From assembly GCF_964204645.1 (NCBI RefSeq), contig NC_134026.1, positions 14,170,150 through 14,234,149 of the forward strand: a DNA stretch of 64,000 bases. The letters run 5' to 3'. The stretch is from Tubulanus polymorphus (Eukaryota > Animalia > Nemertea). Made by a program: the position numbers and the translations under genes. Each line of letters opens with the position of its first letter. Within the stretch, counting starts at the first letter, position 1. The notes below the pieces were generated by a model. That model made no database searches. It saw only the letters and a list, made by a program, of their open reading frames with translations, and was not told the origin of the DNA. Below, one piece after another: positions 1-12,800 of the stretch.

Positions 1-247
1 GCACGGCTTGTACAGGCTCATTCGGTGTTGTTGGGGGTGTGAGGGGCTGACTTTCACGTCTTATTTTTTCATTATTCTTTAATTTCCGCCAGTGCCGGCG
101 CGTGCGACGGATTTCTCGTTTTGAACGTTCGGCGATAGGCACATACGCCTCACGTTTTCTCTTTGATTCCTTTTCGAGGTATGCAGGATCGCTGTTCTTT
201 TTCTTTTCTCTGTAGCGTTTTGCCCTTTCAGTATTGGTAAGAACCAT
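1..247 (-). CDS. 5' end of a probable DNA-transposon ORF, running off the window
   Basis: Manual translation: MVLTNTERAKRYREKKKNSDPAYLEKESKRKREAYVPIAERSKREIRRTRRHWRK... This basic 'S/T-N-x-E-R-x-x-RYREK' start is typical of invertebrate transposases. A splice acceptor (tcttctcag) precedes the ATG. Confidence 0.45.
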   Translation of the reverse strand, partial: MVLTNTERAKRYREKKKNSDPAYLEKESKRKREAYVPIAERSKREIRRTRRHWRKLKNNEKIRRESQPLTPPTTPNEPVQAV

Positions 248-1184
248 GTTTCTGAGAAGATAAACAGTTGATCTATATCAGTAATAGTTTGACATTATTT
301 TTACATGTTATCTCTTATCAAAATAAATTAAATCATCCATGAAACCAAGCCGTTTCGTTTTTTTTTCATTTCCGTCACAAATACTATCCTACTGAAATGT
401 GACGGAGATGAACGTGACGGAGATGAAAGGGATAACGTTTATTCAATATTGACACAATTATTGATCGTCGTCACGGGTGAACAATTAGAACAATGTGACC
501 GCGTTTCTTTGCTATTCATCGTGTGCCGGTGACTTTTTCTACTGTCGATCACGTCTCTTCATATTACTACGTTCGGAGATGATGATGAATTAACATACGC
601 GCCCGTCTCCAATGAAATATCATGATATATTGCTGTTATTCTTACCTTCAACGTCTAACCGTGGTCAGTATTTTTGAAAATGGCGCCGTATGGTACGTTC
701 CACATGACCTTGTCGATTTTTTTTGTTTTTCTTGCTTGCTTAGGGTCGCCTAATATCCAGCGTGAGGGAGATGAACGAAAATGAGGGACAGGTTTTTTTA
801 AGGATTTTTTTTTCTAAAAAACGGCTCAAATCCTTTGGTAATGGGTAATGACTTTTCTCATTGTTTTTCTAAATCATTTATCTTAGGATGTAACCATAAA
901 ATATGAACTTCAAATATGTTGTACTTCAAATGTGTTTTTTAAATAAAGTTAATAAACTGGATCGGGTTCGTTGGGGACACGCTAAAATGGATGCCCATGG
1001 TTTTTTAAAATTGAGAAATAAATTTTTATTTATAAATGAATGTCATAAAAAGTACATAAATTAAAAGCATATATCTAAATGATCATTCACAGCTGAAAAA
1101 AAAAATTAAAAATCCATTCACAATTTTTATTCTAACGTTAAATGTCCAGGGACACGTGTTTTCACATTTAGCGGAGAATGACCC
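1..1184 (-). mobile_element. Left end of a DNA transposon (GGG terminus, possibly Sola-like) inserted into a BEL gag
   Basis: BEL gag homology stops abruptly at 1185 (YGEPKRV). The minus strand then starts GGGTCATTCTCCGC, with repeated subterminal GGGACA motifs (~785, ~974, ~1149). The superfamily assignment is tentative. Confidence 0.4.
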
Positions 1185-1817
1185 AACTCGCTTTGGCTCC
1201 CCGTACAGCTGACACAACATTTCGATAGCTTGGTCGTACTCGCGAATGTTGACTAACCATTTCTTCGCAGAATCAGGGATTGAATGTTTTAGGCAATATA
1301 ATGCTTCATCAGCTGAGAACTCCTCCCTATCGCCATATATGAATTCAAAGTCGTCCAGGAACTCGTAAAAGTCTAAGGTGGTACCACTGAAGCATGGCTT
1401 ATCAACTTTCTGCGCCTTTACCTTCAGACTTTTCTTTTTGTATTTTGGATCAGCATTTGGAACATCAGGCTCTATCAGCTTGCCTCCAGGAGGCTGCACT
1501 TCATATTCCGCAAGGGCAACTTCAGTTTTAATAAACCGAGCTTGCATCTCCATTATCCATTTTTGTTCATGATCAAATTCAGTGTCACTTAGTAACATAC
1601 AATAATCGTCGTGAGCGTCTTCACAGTTTTTAAATGCATTTGACAGTTGCTCATGAACTTCCTTCAAAAGAGACACCGACCGGTTCATGTCCATATACTG
1701 GAATAATTCAGTTTCAGCCATCGTATAAGTACCCTTCGCTCGCCTGCGGACGCGTTCTGCTTTTTCCACTTCCGGTCCAGCTTCCCCAACATCATCTCCT
1801 TGCTTTGTTTTAGACAT
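1185..1817 (-). pseudogene. BEL/Pao retrotransposon gag N-terminus (DUF1759-like), truncated
   Basis: LKVKAQKVDKPCFSGTTLDFYEFLDDF...LYCLKHSI...YDQAIEMLCQLYGEP matches BEL gag. An LTR-like end lies upstream (AATAAA ~1905, then ...CA|ACTTG at ~1886). Confidence 0.75.
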
Positions 1818-2013
1818 TGTGTAAAGATTTCGAATAGTGTTGACTTGAACTTTGAGACCGGACAACGATACGAGATAACAAGTTGATTGGCATTAAGTCC
1901 TATTTATTCCATACCATGATGTCATTCGAAACTACAAAATATAATGTAACCATCAGCATAACTGTATTCTAGAGACTCGACATCTAAGTTATATATTATA
2001 TTTATATTTTTAA

Positions 2014-2030
2014 TATATATATATATATAT

Positions 2031-2107
<77 letters not shown>

Positions 2108-2120
2108 CAATATATATATA
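2014..2120. repeat. (TA)n microsatellite
   Basis: Directly visible. Confidence 0.95.
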
Positions 2121-2409
2121 ACAATAATACCAAGACTACTATTAATACTAGTAATTACTGATAAGGCTAGAAATCGCAGTTAATTAATGATAGTAATAAT
2201 AATGATGCATTTTAACTTACTCGTTGCCAGCCTATATTTCGTCCAGTTTGTATAATAGCAGGCAGAATGTCAAGTGACCAAATTCTTCATAGTATACAGT
2301 ATTACACACACATACATAATAGCTCATAACTGCACAAAAGACCATATGACCATATGACCATTCAATACTCAATATTGTAAGTTCACCCATGCAATCCAAT
2401 AATCCAATT

Positions 2410-2990
2410 CAACATACAGTAACTGATGAAAATATTTCAAGTATAATTCAAACTCAATACAATCAAGGATTTTCATTATTGTATGATTATATCGATAAAT
2501 TTAAAACTGTAACTATTAATGCAAATGATGAAATAATTAATGAGAATATTAACTTCCCAAGAAGATCTATTAAAGGTATATTAATACTTTTTACAATTGC
2601 AATATATTCTAATGGTGCAATAAATGTTGATAATTATTTTAATCCTGAAATATCAAAGGTAGAAATAACTATTGAAGGTAAAGCAAATAAAATATTTTGT
2701 CAAGGAATGAGAATGATAGATCAGTGGCCAGAAATTAGAAAACATTTTACGAATGAAAAAGTAAAATCATCTGAAAATTGTAATATTAATCAAATTGATT
2801 ATTATACCGGCGATAAATATGCATTATGGTTAGATTTTAGAACAACAGAGGATAATTCATTACATGGTTCTGGGAAGAAATTACAGAACACAAGATGGAA
2901 TACAATTATTCATGAAAAAGAAAAAAGGAGACAAAAATTTCAAAATGCACATGTATATTATAGATTAGATAGCATTCAATATCAGAAATA
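2410..2990 (+). pseudogene. Polinton major capsid protein, C-terminal part
   Basis: NPEISKVEITIEG...QGMRMIDQWPEIRKHF...DKYALWLDFRTTEDNSLHGSG resembles the adintovirus/Polinton double jelly-roll capsid C-terminus. Confidence 0.75.
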
Positions 2991-3015
2991 TAAAGTTAAA
3001 ATTAACGATATATAA

Positions 3016-4030
3016 ATGGGGGGGGGGGGGTAAAACTCCTGAGAGTTTGGTTGCTTATTCTTCTACCAAAAATATATGGCGTCAAGTAAAACAAGATAAA
3101 TTAGATAAGATAATCCCACAAAATTTAGTTAAATATAAAGATATAAATGATTTTATGATAACAACCAACACATACAACGCATAAAAAAATTGTTAGAAAA
3201 TATAAAACTCGTAACTATGGTTAGTTATGTAGATCAACAGTGGCAAGGAGATTTAATTGATATGAAAAATATTAAAAAAGATAATGATGATTATTGGTGG
3301 ATCTTAAACATAATTGATATTTTTAGTCGTTATGTATGGAGCTTCCCACTTTATAGAAAAGATGCTGCACAAACATCAATGGTATTAAAAAAATTTATTT
3401 CAGGTGGTAAAATAAGCCAGAAAAAATACAATTTGATGATGGAAAAGAATTTGATAATTCAGTAGTTCATGAACTCTTAGATAATCATAATATTGAATAT
3501 TTTTCAACAAAATCGGATAAAAAGCGGCAGTTGTTGAACCATTTAATAGAACATTAAGAACAAGAATGTGGAAATATTTTACAGCAAATAATACTTTTAA
3601 ATGGATTGATGTTTTACAAAAATTGATAGAAGGATATAATAATTCTTATCATTCTTCTATTGATGCTAGAAAACTTGAAAATGCTGAAATTGTTTGGAAT
3701 AATTTATATGGAGCATTTCTTGTAGATCATTTTGGTGAACCTAAATTTAAAGTTGGTCAAAATGTTAGAATTTCTAAGTATAAAAAGATATTTGACAAAG
3801 GATATGATCGAAATTTTACTAGAGAAATATATAAAATAAAAAAGGTAATAACAACAAAACCATACGTCTATAGATTAAGAGATTTAGATGGTGAAGAAGT
3901 TGAAGAAGAATTAAGTTTAACTACTGAAAACAAAAACTGTTAATAGAAAAAATATTCTTTAGTAAAATGGGTTAGATGGCCAGATAAATTTAATGAATGG
4001 ATATTATCATGTAAAATTAAAAATATATAA
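3016..4030 (+). pseudogene. Polinton retroviral-like integrase, frameshifted
   Basis: QWQGDLIDM, IDIFSRYVW, KWIDVL..LIEGYNNSYHSSI, KFKVGQNVRISKYKKIFDKGY. Several indels. Confidence 0.9.
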
Positions 4031-4631
4031 ATGAATAAGGAATTATTTATATTTGAATCTCATAATATGTTAATTTCTGGCGTAACAAATTGTGGAAAAA
4101 CTTATTTTATATTAAATTTATTAGAAACTTATAAAAACTATTTTGATAATATAGTATTATTTTGTCCAACGTATGAATCAAACTAATGATAGACATATTA
4201 CTAGAAATAATAAATTTATTGTATTAGATCCTAAAACATTTAAAGAAAATTTAGATAATTGTATTAAAAAAGCAATTGATATTTATAAAGAAACAAATAC
4301 ATTATTTATCATAGATTATTGTGCAAATTTATATGATTCAAACATTAGAGAAAGTGAACTATGTTATTTAGCTTTTTCTTGGAGACATTTTGGAATAACA
4401 ACATGGGTTTTAAATCAAAAATATAATTCAACTGTAAAAGATTTTAGAGAAAACATTAGATTTTTAGTTTTATTCTACAATAAAGATAGAAAATCGATGA
4501 AAAATGCACATGAGGAAAATGATATTATTCCACATGATTTACATAATTAATATATGGATAAATTGAAAAATAATAAAAGATCAAAATTACTATTTCGATT
4601 ACAACACCCATTTAAATATGAATTTATTTAA
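4031..4631 (+). pseudogene. Polinton A32/FtsK-like packaging ATPase
   Basis: Walker A ISGVTNCGKT, degenerate Walker B LFIIDYC, RHFGITTWVLNQKY. Frameshifted. Confidence 0.85.
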
Positions 4632-4839
4632 ATTCAACTAGCTTGTTAATCTAGTATATTTCTAGTTTCATTCTAGTTAAATTTTAGCTATTGGTAGTTG
4701 AAACAAAAATCGAATAAAATTCAACAAGAAATAAATAAAAACAATAATATTTCAACTAGCTTGTTAACCTAGTATATTTTTAGTTACATTCTAGTTAAAT
4801 TCTAGTTGCAACAACACAATTAATTTTTTTGTTATATAA

Positions 4840-5432
4840 ATGGGAGGTGAAAAGAAAATAAAATCTAAAAATAGTGATGTTCCAATTGAAAAAACTTTGG
4901 ATGATTTAGGAATAACAGAACCAAAATTAACTCCAGATGATGGTGCCTTGAATGATGTCACAACAAATAATAATTATGAATATTATCTTTATTGCAAACA
5001 TCAATTAGAAATATTAATAGCATCTGGAAAGTGTAAAACTTTTATTGGTAAAATTTATCTTATAATGAATTAGATACAATGAAACCAGATCAAATTATTA
5101 AATTATTCAAGAATTACGAAACTGCGAGAATAGCTAGAATTAATGATGCGATATCAGAAAATGTAGTAAAAGATTATAGTAAATTATGTAAATATATGCT
5201 ACCAATTGAAGATGATTCCGATTTAAAAAATGATTGTTTAGTTATAACTGAATTAAATAAATGGATTGGATATTTATCATTTCAATTAGGTGGATTTATT
5301 ACATTATTATCAACTGGAGTTATAACACTTTCAAATATTGAAAGTAAAAATTTTTCTATAATAAATGAGCGAAGTGCGAGAGGTGAAAGAATTAACTGTG
5401 AAGAAAAAACCGAGATCACAGAAACAAATTGA
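4840..5432 (+). pseudogene. Conserved Polinton ORF of unknown function with a hydrophobic C-terminal helix
   Basis: Two adjacent frames, near-identical to 27298-27886. Confidence 0.6.
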
Positions 5433-5883
5433 ATGGTCTCGGCAATTAAATCACAAGAATATGAAAAAGCTGTAAAAGAAAAAATAAGTAATAAAATGTT
5501 AATAAAAATTGTGAAAATATTGTTATAATAATCTAATAATAGAATATTTGATAAATATCTATTTTTCAACTGGATTTGTAATTGTATTCATTTTGATTGG
5601 ATGTAGTTGGTATAAAAAATCAAAGAAAATCTATGATATTAATAATTCTGAAACTACTACTATTGAAAATAAAAATACTTCTGAAATTCCAAAGTTCACT
5701 ATAAAAAATGGACTAATATTTTAGAAAAAAAGCAAAAAAAGAATTTCATTTTTAATTGATTGAATATCTCACTACTTTTGTCTATCTATGCGGAGCAATT
5801 AAATTGTCCAGATAAGTCATTTCGGATTCTAGATATTCATTATTTTTTTTTCATTATTTTATTTTAATCTTTTTGTTTTTTCT

Positions 5884-6209
5884 TTAGTCAACAATTTCTA
5901 AATCATGATGACAGTCTTCATTTTTTCCATGATAGATTATTTTAAATCCTTCTAAATCTTTTAATTCCTCTGTACTCAATGAAACCTATTTATCAGGTAA
6001 AAATACTTTAAATTCTCGCGTTGTACTAACATTACAGTAAATTAAATTTGCTGATACTTTCTCTCCATATTTACTTTTTATCTTTTCTAATTTTAATATG
6101 TCATGTTCAATTTCTTTTGTAACATCGACTAACTTTTTTATTTCAAATATTTTTTTGCTGGTTTTATTCTGTTATTTATTGTTGCTAAGAGTGCTTTTCT
6201 ATCTCCCAT
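5884..6209 (-). pseudogene. Small terminal Polinton ORF (~105 aa; KYG...VFLP...YHGK)
   Basis: Manual translation across one frameshift and one stop. The ATG lies inside the TIR. The C-terminal half is conserved in copy 2 (28368-28505). Confidence 0.55.
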
Positions 6210-6294
6210 TTATTATGGGAAAAAATTACTTGTGGTTATGAGTGATGTGTCGTACTCTCGTACTCTGTTATGAAAACGTCATTTTTCAATTACT
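6202..6294. repeat. Polinton right terminal inverted repeat (~90 bp)
   Basis: Its reverse complement matches 62082-62175. It ends in ...CT, as expected for Polinton 5'-AG...CT-3' termini. Confidence 0.85.
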
Positions 6295-6596
6295 GTAAAG
6301 TACACACTAAAAGTAACCGTAATTTACTCAGACTAAACGGAGAAAAACGTGTTCACCGCTTCAACTCAATTTCAACTGTTTTTTTTCACAATCAAATCCC
6401 ACTACGCTGCCATCAGATGTAACGAGGTCCTATTCTGCCTGTTCTACAGTAGAACATTCCTCCAAATATCGACTCTGAGAGCCCAAAAATCCACAATCAC
6501 CTATCGTTCTGTATTTTTCGAGAGAGAGGGAGGGAGGGAGGGAGGGAGAGGGAGAGAGGGGGCAGCACCCTCCAGTCACAACATAGAAGACGACTG

Positions 6597-7810
6597 ATGG
6601 ACATATTCCATCACAATAAATTACCTGTACCGCCGAATGCCACTAGTGCTAATATGACTCAAATTTTTGGTTTACCTCAGTATATCGCCGTTACAAGTGA
6701 CAACGAATATTATACCGAATTCGATAGGGATTTTTTACTTTCCTGTAACGGTAGGGACCTTAAAGTGTGTAGCACAACTAAATCTCTTAATTCCCGTCAT
6801 AAATTAACGTGTGCGCCAGCGCTATTTTGGGACCAACTTGAGTCTATAATGAAGTTGTGTGACATTAGATATGAGGAAGCCTTACTGTTTGAAGGTAGTT
6901 ATGAATTAGCGGATGGGCGTTATTTACTGTCATCAGCTGACGAAGTTTGGACTATGCATTGTTCTGACTGACAGGTTAAGTCTATCAATGGTTGCAGGTT
7001 GTGCGTAATGACAATCCCTTGTTTTTGTTCTATAATTGCGTCATCTTTTCGGATCCCTTATATACTCACAGGTTGTCATATAGGGAAGGAAGATAAATTT
7101 GTTAAGCATGTAGTAAATTTATCTGTGCGGCATTCGTTCTTCTCTAATGCTGCAGATATGAGAAAGATAAGGGGGGATGAGTTAACGAAAGCGCCCATGG
7201 TTGAGGTTCCACCCTTAAAACTGAATAAAGAATCATGGGATTTGGTAGCATCAAATGACGCTAAATTTTCAACGGACCTTAAGAAACTGGCTTCAAAGCA
7301 TAAGTTTAATGTAGATTTGTTCGCCTCGAAGGCGTTAAAGAATGAATTAGCTGAAGAATTTGCGACATATATTTTCATCTCCTTCGTCTATAAGCATTAT
7401 ATCGGTTCCTACTATTCTGAGCATAGCGGCGCTTGCTATGTCAATTTATATTTTCTTCATGATGAGGTTTAATCCAGGGGGTATTTTTCCGGTTGCAGCC
7501 TTGGGTGCAGCTCATGCAGCACCACTTGCTGGGCCACGGTTATACAGTCTAATAAGACTATTTCATTTTTAGAAGTCTTCGCGAGTTGCGCAATCGCTAA
7601 TTGATGACGATTCTAATTTTCTGGTTGACACGAAAGTTCTTCTGGCAATTATCTACTGTGCGTTGCATTTCCTGTGTTATGATATCAAATACCTATTTAC
7701 GTTTCTAAGGGGCAGGCGTAATGTGGTTCAACGTTGTAAATCACAACTACTTTTAGAGATTTCGGATTGGAATGAATGTATCTTACTTCGATTAATTGAT
7801 CTTAGTGCGT
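6597..7810 (+). pseudogene. Orphan envelope (F-like fusion protein) fragment of an env-class Gypsy element
   Basis: Roughly 70% aa identity by eye to env at 35150-36460 (LPVP.NATSAN, IMKLCDIRYEEALLFEGSYEL, IPCFCSIIAS). TM segment IPTILSIAALAMSIYIFFMM. Contains stops and frameshifts. Confidence 0.8.
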
Positions 7811-8769
7811 AAAATCGGAAAATTCGCGTTTGCAAAGCTGGAAGATCTTATGGATTAACGAAACAACCGCAATATCCAGAAAGTATAGAATGTTTTGCGC
7901 ATTTGAAGCCCTCGACCATCAAAATCGGTGAAGGATTTCGTGTCGAACTCAACGTTTTAAATTTCGATATCGGCAAAAACCGGCGTCATAGCATTTTCGG
8001 TCCAGGCGATTTCGGCCCTAATTTCGCGTTCAAAGACATATAATTCACGAACTATTCATCGGAAATTAACGGGATTAGTTTCGTTAGAAGCAGGAAGGTA
8101 TTAGCTTTCATATCATGCCTGGATTATCAAAATCGGATGAAAAATAACGAAAAAGTATGCGACTGAAGTTGAGTAGTTTGTGAGCGTCGTTAGCCCCCTT
8201 GTTATTTTATATATACTATATACATTGGATTAACAGATTATCGTTTTTACATTACCTACAACTCTGATACGAGCCCCTGTGGTTTCAGCAGACACACAGC
8301 CCCTCTACCATCAATGCCTAACCCCTGTTCGACCAACTGTGGGCTTTTTCCTTTGAAACATAAGCCTAATTGTAAAAGATAAGCATTAATCTATGTGAAT
8401 GCTGCACCTTTATCATGAAACCTAAGAAAGATTATTCTATTATTTAGGCCTATTCAAATTTTCTGTCCACTACCACGTGGAAATAATAAGACCCAGTCAA
8501 AATTGTGCATCACGCTTTGACCAAGAAATTGGTTCTAGGCTATAAATTTTACGACTCAAACGAATCTTTTCCTCAACAAAGCCGCTTTTAGTTTGATGCA
8601 AAATGAAATTTGCTTTTAAAATGTGTAACTAGGCCTAATCAAAAGGATATTTCAAAAGCAAACTTTGCCGGGCCAAGAGCCATATTGAATTCAATTTTTT
8701 CCGAACCATTATGCCTCTTTCATCATAACATTATTTATCCTATTTCAAGATCCTAGGCCTACAAGTAGA

Positions 8770-9320
8770 GAGGGCCTACGTTGGGTTCAAATCGGAATTT
8801 TAAGATTTATTTCATTTAATTCCAGGTTTTCACTGTAGATTATCAAAGACATGTGGCGTTGTGGGAGTTCATGGTTGTTTGATAATCCATTATTTGTAAG
8901 TGTAAGGCTATTTGAGGGATTCGAAACCGACATTTTGTAAATTTTGTAGCTTTATTACGTTTAATTCCAGATGTTTATCATGACACGTTTCATTTTGGGG
9001 GTTTGTCAGCGAGTTGGTATGCTGTCGGCAGAAGTAGTTTGATAATTCGTTTCATGTAAGTAAACAGCTATTTGAAGGATTCGAAACCGAAATCTGTATT
9101 GTGAATTTTTTAGTTGTATTTTGTTTGATTCTAGGTGAATAGGACATGATTCATTTTGAGAGTTTGTCCGCGAGTTTGTATACTGTCAAATAAAGTTTCT
9201 TCGTCAATTTGTCTTATGTAAGTATCAAACTATAGGTTATATAGGCCCTATTAGGGGTTCGATACAGAAATTTGTTGAATTCCTCCGATTTATTTCAATT
9301 TATTCCAGGTTGTTATCAGA
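8770..9320. repeat. Degenerate tandem repeat, about 4 units of 130-180 bp
   Basis: Recurring GG(G/A)TTC(G/A)A(A/T)..GA(A/C)AT..TT...TTCCAGGT at ~8785, 8915, 9075, 9255. Confidence 0.5.
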
Positions 9321-9889
9321 AAAATATGTACTTTATTTCATAGGTTGGTCTTTGATTGAAAACTAAAAATGGATGATAGCTCTAAATTTGATGTTGATTC
9401 ACATGACCAATCTAGTAAGTATGGCTCACTCGTCTTTTAGAATAAGAGACCTATTGCATTAATCCTTCAATTCAAGTTGCTATACAACCTTTTATACAGA
9501 TATTTACCTTATCAATATAAACATGTATTTTCCCGTCCAGATTTTGAAACATCATTTGGCTCAATTTCTCCTCCTAGAAAATTGCTTTAGCTCATTCCAA
9601 TGTTCGCAGTAAAAGTGAATGTAGCATGTATGATTCCCATCCATCAATTTTGTCTTGTTTCGTATTTTTAGCGAAAATCTCGAAAAAGTCTGACGTCGAG
9701 GCAGGTGGTGGCCAGACAAAGACATATTCTTGGGAAATATTTAAAGACGCATGGCAAACACACTTATTGTTCACTTTTTTCCTATCCTTATTTTGAAATT
9801 GAAGTATTGTAATAAACTATTGATTTATTTTTGTTGATCAACGCAACTAGTGTTGTTGTTTTCTTTCTTAATTTACATTTGAATTGGAT

Positions 9890-12800
9890 GGTCATCTTGC
9901 GTAGGAGTCAGTTTGTCATCGAAGCAATACAATCTAACTTGTTGACGTCTCAGATGTAGCGGGGCAGGGCGGTCATTATATTGTGGACTTATCTAAATTA
10001 CACTTACACATCCCAACGTGTTTCAATGTGTAAACTCCGTCGTACTCGGCATTATAAGACAGTGAGGAATTAAGTTTTAGTCACCTGAGCCCTCGGCTTG
10101 ATTCGAGCAAAAAGACCTTAACTGACTTCACAGAATTTGATTATGAGTCAAGGATTTTCTAAATTTCTGAATGCTTTCTCTGGTTTTAAGATCAATTCAA
10201 ATTCAATCTTCAAAATATTTTATTGAAAGAAATTCTACTGAAGACAGTTTTGGAAATGAAGGATATATCCAGGAAAATAATTACAGCAAAATCAACTGAT
10301 GATCATCAAGGTGAAGTTTTCATTCATCTTCAGCTAATTTGTCTACCCCTGATGATCGAAGCATTTTGGTTACTCGCGCCAATTAGTCAGCCACAGTCGA
10401 TTTTCATGCCATCTGACCTCTTTCCATCTGTAATTAAGCAATCAAATGTAAGAATTACTCAGGTAAGGAGCGAAATAATATATAGATATCTTAGGAGACT
10501 ATTTGAAATCATGAGTTTGTTGTGAAAATCTATTACTTCAGTCTCGTAGAGCATAGACACCAAGCCACGTGGCATTGGTATTTTAAGGGCTATTCAGTTT
10601 ACTCCAAAACAAGTCAATGATTAACATCAAAAAAGTTTCATATCAAGGGTATGTCACAGGACTCGTGACGCCCATGAATTATCATCCCATAATTACAATG
10701 AATCCAATTCTGCATGTACGTTAGCACGACTGATTACTAATCCAAATATTGCATTACAAAAAAACAATTATGCAAAACGTCAAGTACTTACAGCATCTGA
10801 GACAGTTGCGCTTCAGTTAGAGTGTTAAGTTACGACTTCGGCTGTCAATGTCGAAAAAGCCTAATTTGAAACATACATTTGCGCACTGTGGTTTAATATT
10901 CCTGCAAGAATCCGCAAAGGAATCGAAGACCGTAGTGACCAGTTCATTCCACGAATAATAGCTGGAAAGAAAGTAATCAAAATAAATTGTCATGCACATT
11001 CAGTGTAAACCAGGCCATAACTAGCTGCTATTAAGGCATTCCACTGACTGGCTCTACCCATTATATTTAGGGCCTACATCTATTCTAGGCGCATCCCCAA
11101 AAAAGCTAGGCATTAAGTAAGTAGCCAACAATGATCATTGCTTCACCGAGAAGCCCTACTCATTTGCTACCATACTCATATTATTAAAGAAATCATTTAA
11201 TACATTCCCTGGTTAACGGATTCTCACCTTAAAATACATAAACTCCGCTGTCGTTGTCATCGATTCGAGTCGTCAACTGAACGCGGAAGTAAAATTCCGT
11301 GTGAAAATTCCTACAATTTCTGTCCATATCACGTTGATTTGTGCCCGAAATCTTCAGGAAATGTAGCCAACGTAAATTGATTTACGAATAGAATTAATCA
11401 ATTGACTCATTTTAGAAATCATGGTTTCGTGAAATTCGTTAAAGTCCTAAAACTCGCGATAAATTTAAGCCGAAAATTATTTCAACCATCCACCATGTTG
11501 TTTCATTAATAAACAAATTGTTGCGCGCCGGCGCAGCTACGTGTCCTACCTAAATGCATGGTTTCACTAGGATTCTAACCCTCGACCTCTCAGTTGGGAG
11601 TCAAACACCTTATCCACCATGCGTATGTCGAACTGGGAAGCGTACGAAGATTTCATCGAAATAATTCTAGCCCATAACATATGACTATCGAAATAATTCT
11701 AGCCCATAACATATGACTATTGCCAAGAAGCGCAACCTGGGTCAACATTATGCTGGGTATGTGGATATTTGGAGTCCATTTGTCAAAGCATCGAAGCAAT
11801 ACAGTCCAACTTGTTTATGATGTCTCAGATGGAGCTCGCGGGGCAGGGCCGTCATTATATTGCCGACTTATCCAAATTACACTAACACAGCGCAACGTCT
11901 TTCAGCGTGTAGCGTCTTTCTCAGTCGTACTCGGCATTATAGGACAGTGAGGAATTGAATTAGCCACCTGAGCACTTGGTATGATTCGAGCAAAAGACCT
12001 TAAATGACTTCAAGGAATTTTATATGATTCTAGGACTTTCTAATTTTTTGAAGAATGCTTTCTCTGGTTTTGAGATCAATTAAAATTCACTCCAGAATAC
12101 ATTAGTAAAAAATTATTCAAATAGATTCTTATTTTATTGAAAGAAATTCTACTGAACACATATTTTGAAATGAATTATGCGTCGATTGATCCTGACGAAA
12201 TAATTACAGCTAAATCAATTGACGATCAACAAGGTGGAGTTTTCATTTATCTTCGGATAGTTTGTCTACCCCTGATGATACAAGCATTTTGGCGACATCT
12301 AGCTTTTGAAACCTCAACGCTTTATCTGCGCGCGTCAATTTGTCAGCCACAGTCGATTTTCATGCCATCTGACCTTTTTCCACCTGTAATTAAGCCATCT
12401 AATGTAAGAATTACTCAGTTATGTAATATAATAGAGCAGTGAAAGAAAGTATAATAAATATTTAAATCGTGCGTTTGTCGTGAAACATCTATTACTACAG
12501 TCTCGCGGAGCATAGACACCGACCGTTAAGCCATGTGGAATTGGTATTTTAAGGGCTATTCGGTTTACTCCAAAACAAATCTATGATAAACTTTTAAAAG
12601 CTTCATATCAAGGGTATATCGTAGGACTCTTGATACTCGTGAATTATCATCCCATAACAACAATGAATCCAATTCTGCATGTACACTGGCACGACTGATT
12701 ACTGATCCAAATATTTTAAACATGACATTAGAAAAAAACAATTACACAAAACGTCAAGTACTTACAGCATCTGAGACGCTTAATTTGAAACGTACACTTG

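Larger units (their letters stand above)
2410..6294 (+). mobile_element. Polinton/Maverick (adintovirus-like) right arm, copy 1, decayed
   Basis: Gene order is capsid fragment, rve integrase, A32/FtsK ATPase, two ORFs, an antisense small ORF, then a terminus ...CAATTACT. Collinear and highly similar to 24513-28570. Confidence 0.9.

Noticed and set aside
1922-2110. ORF with a YIYIYI repeat, and the poly-T/poly-D N-terminus of ORF 24002-24502
   Set aside because: These are translations of microsatellites.
10817-10999. Connexin-like loop (CRNIKPQCANVCF)
   Set aside because: The match is very short, it is not preserved in the duplicate copy, and there are no TM segments.
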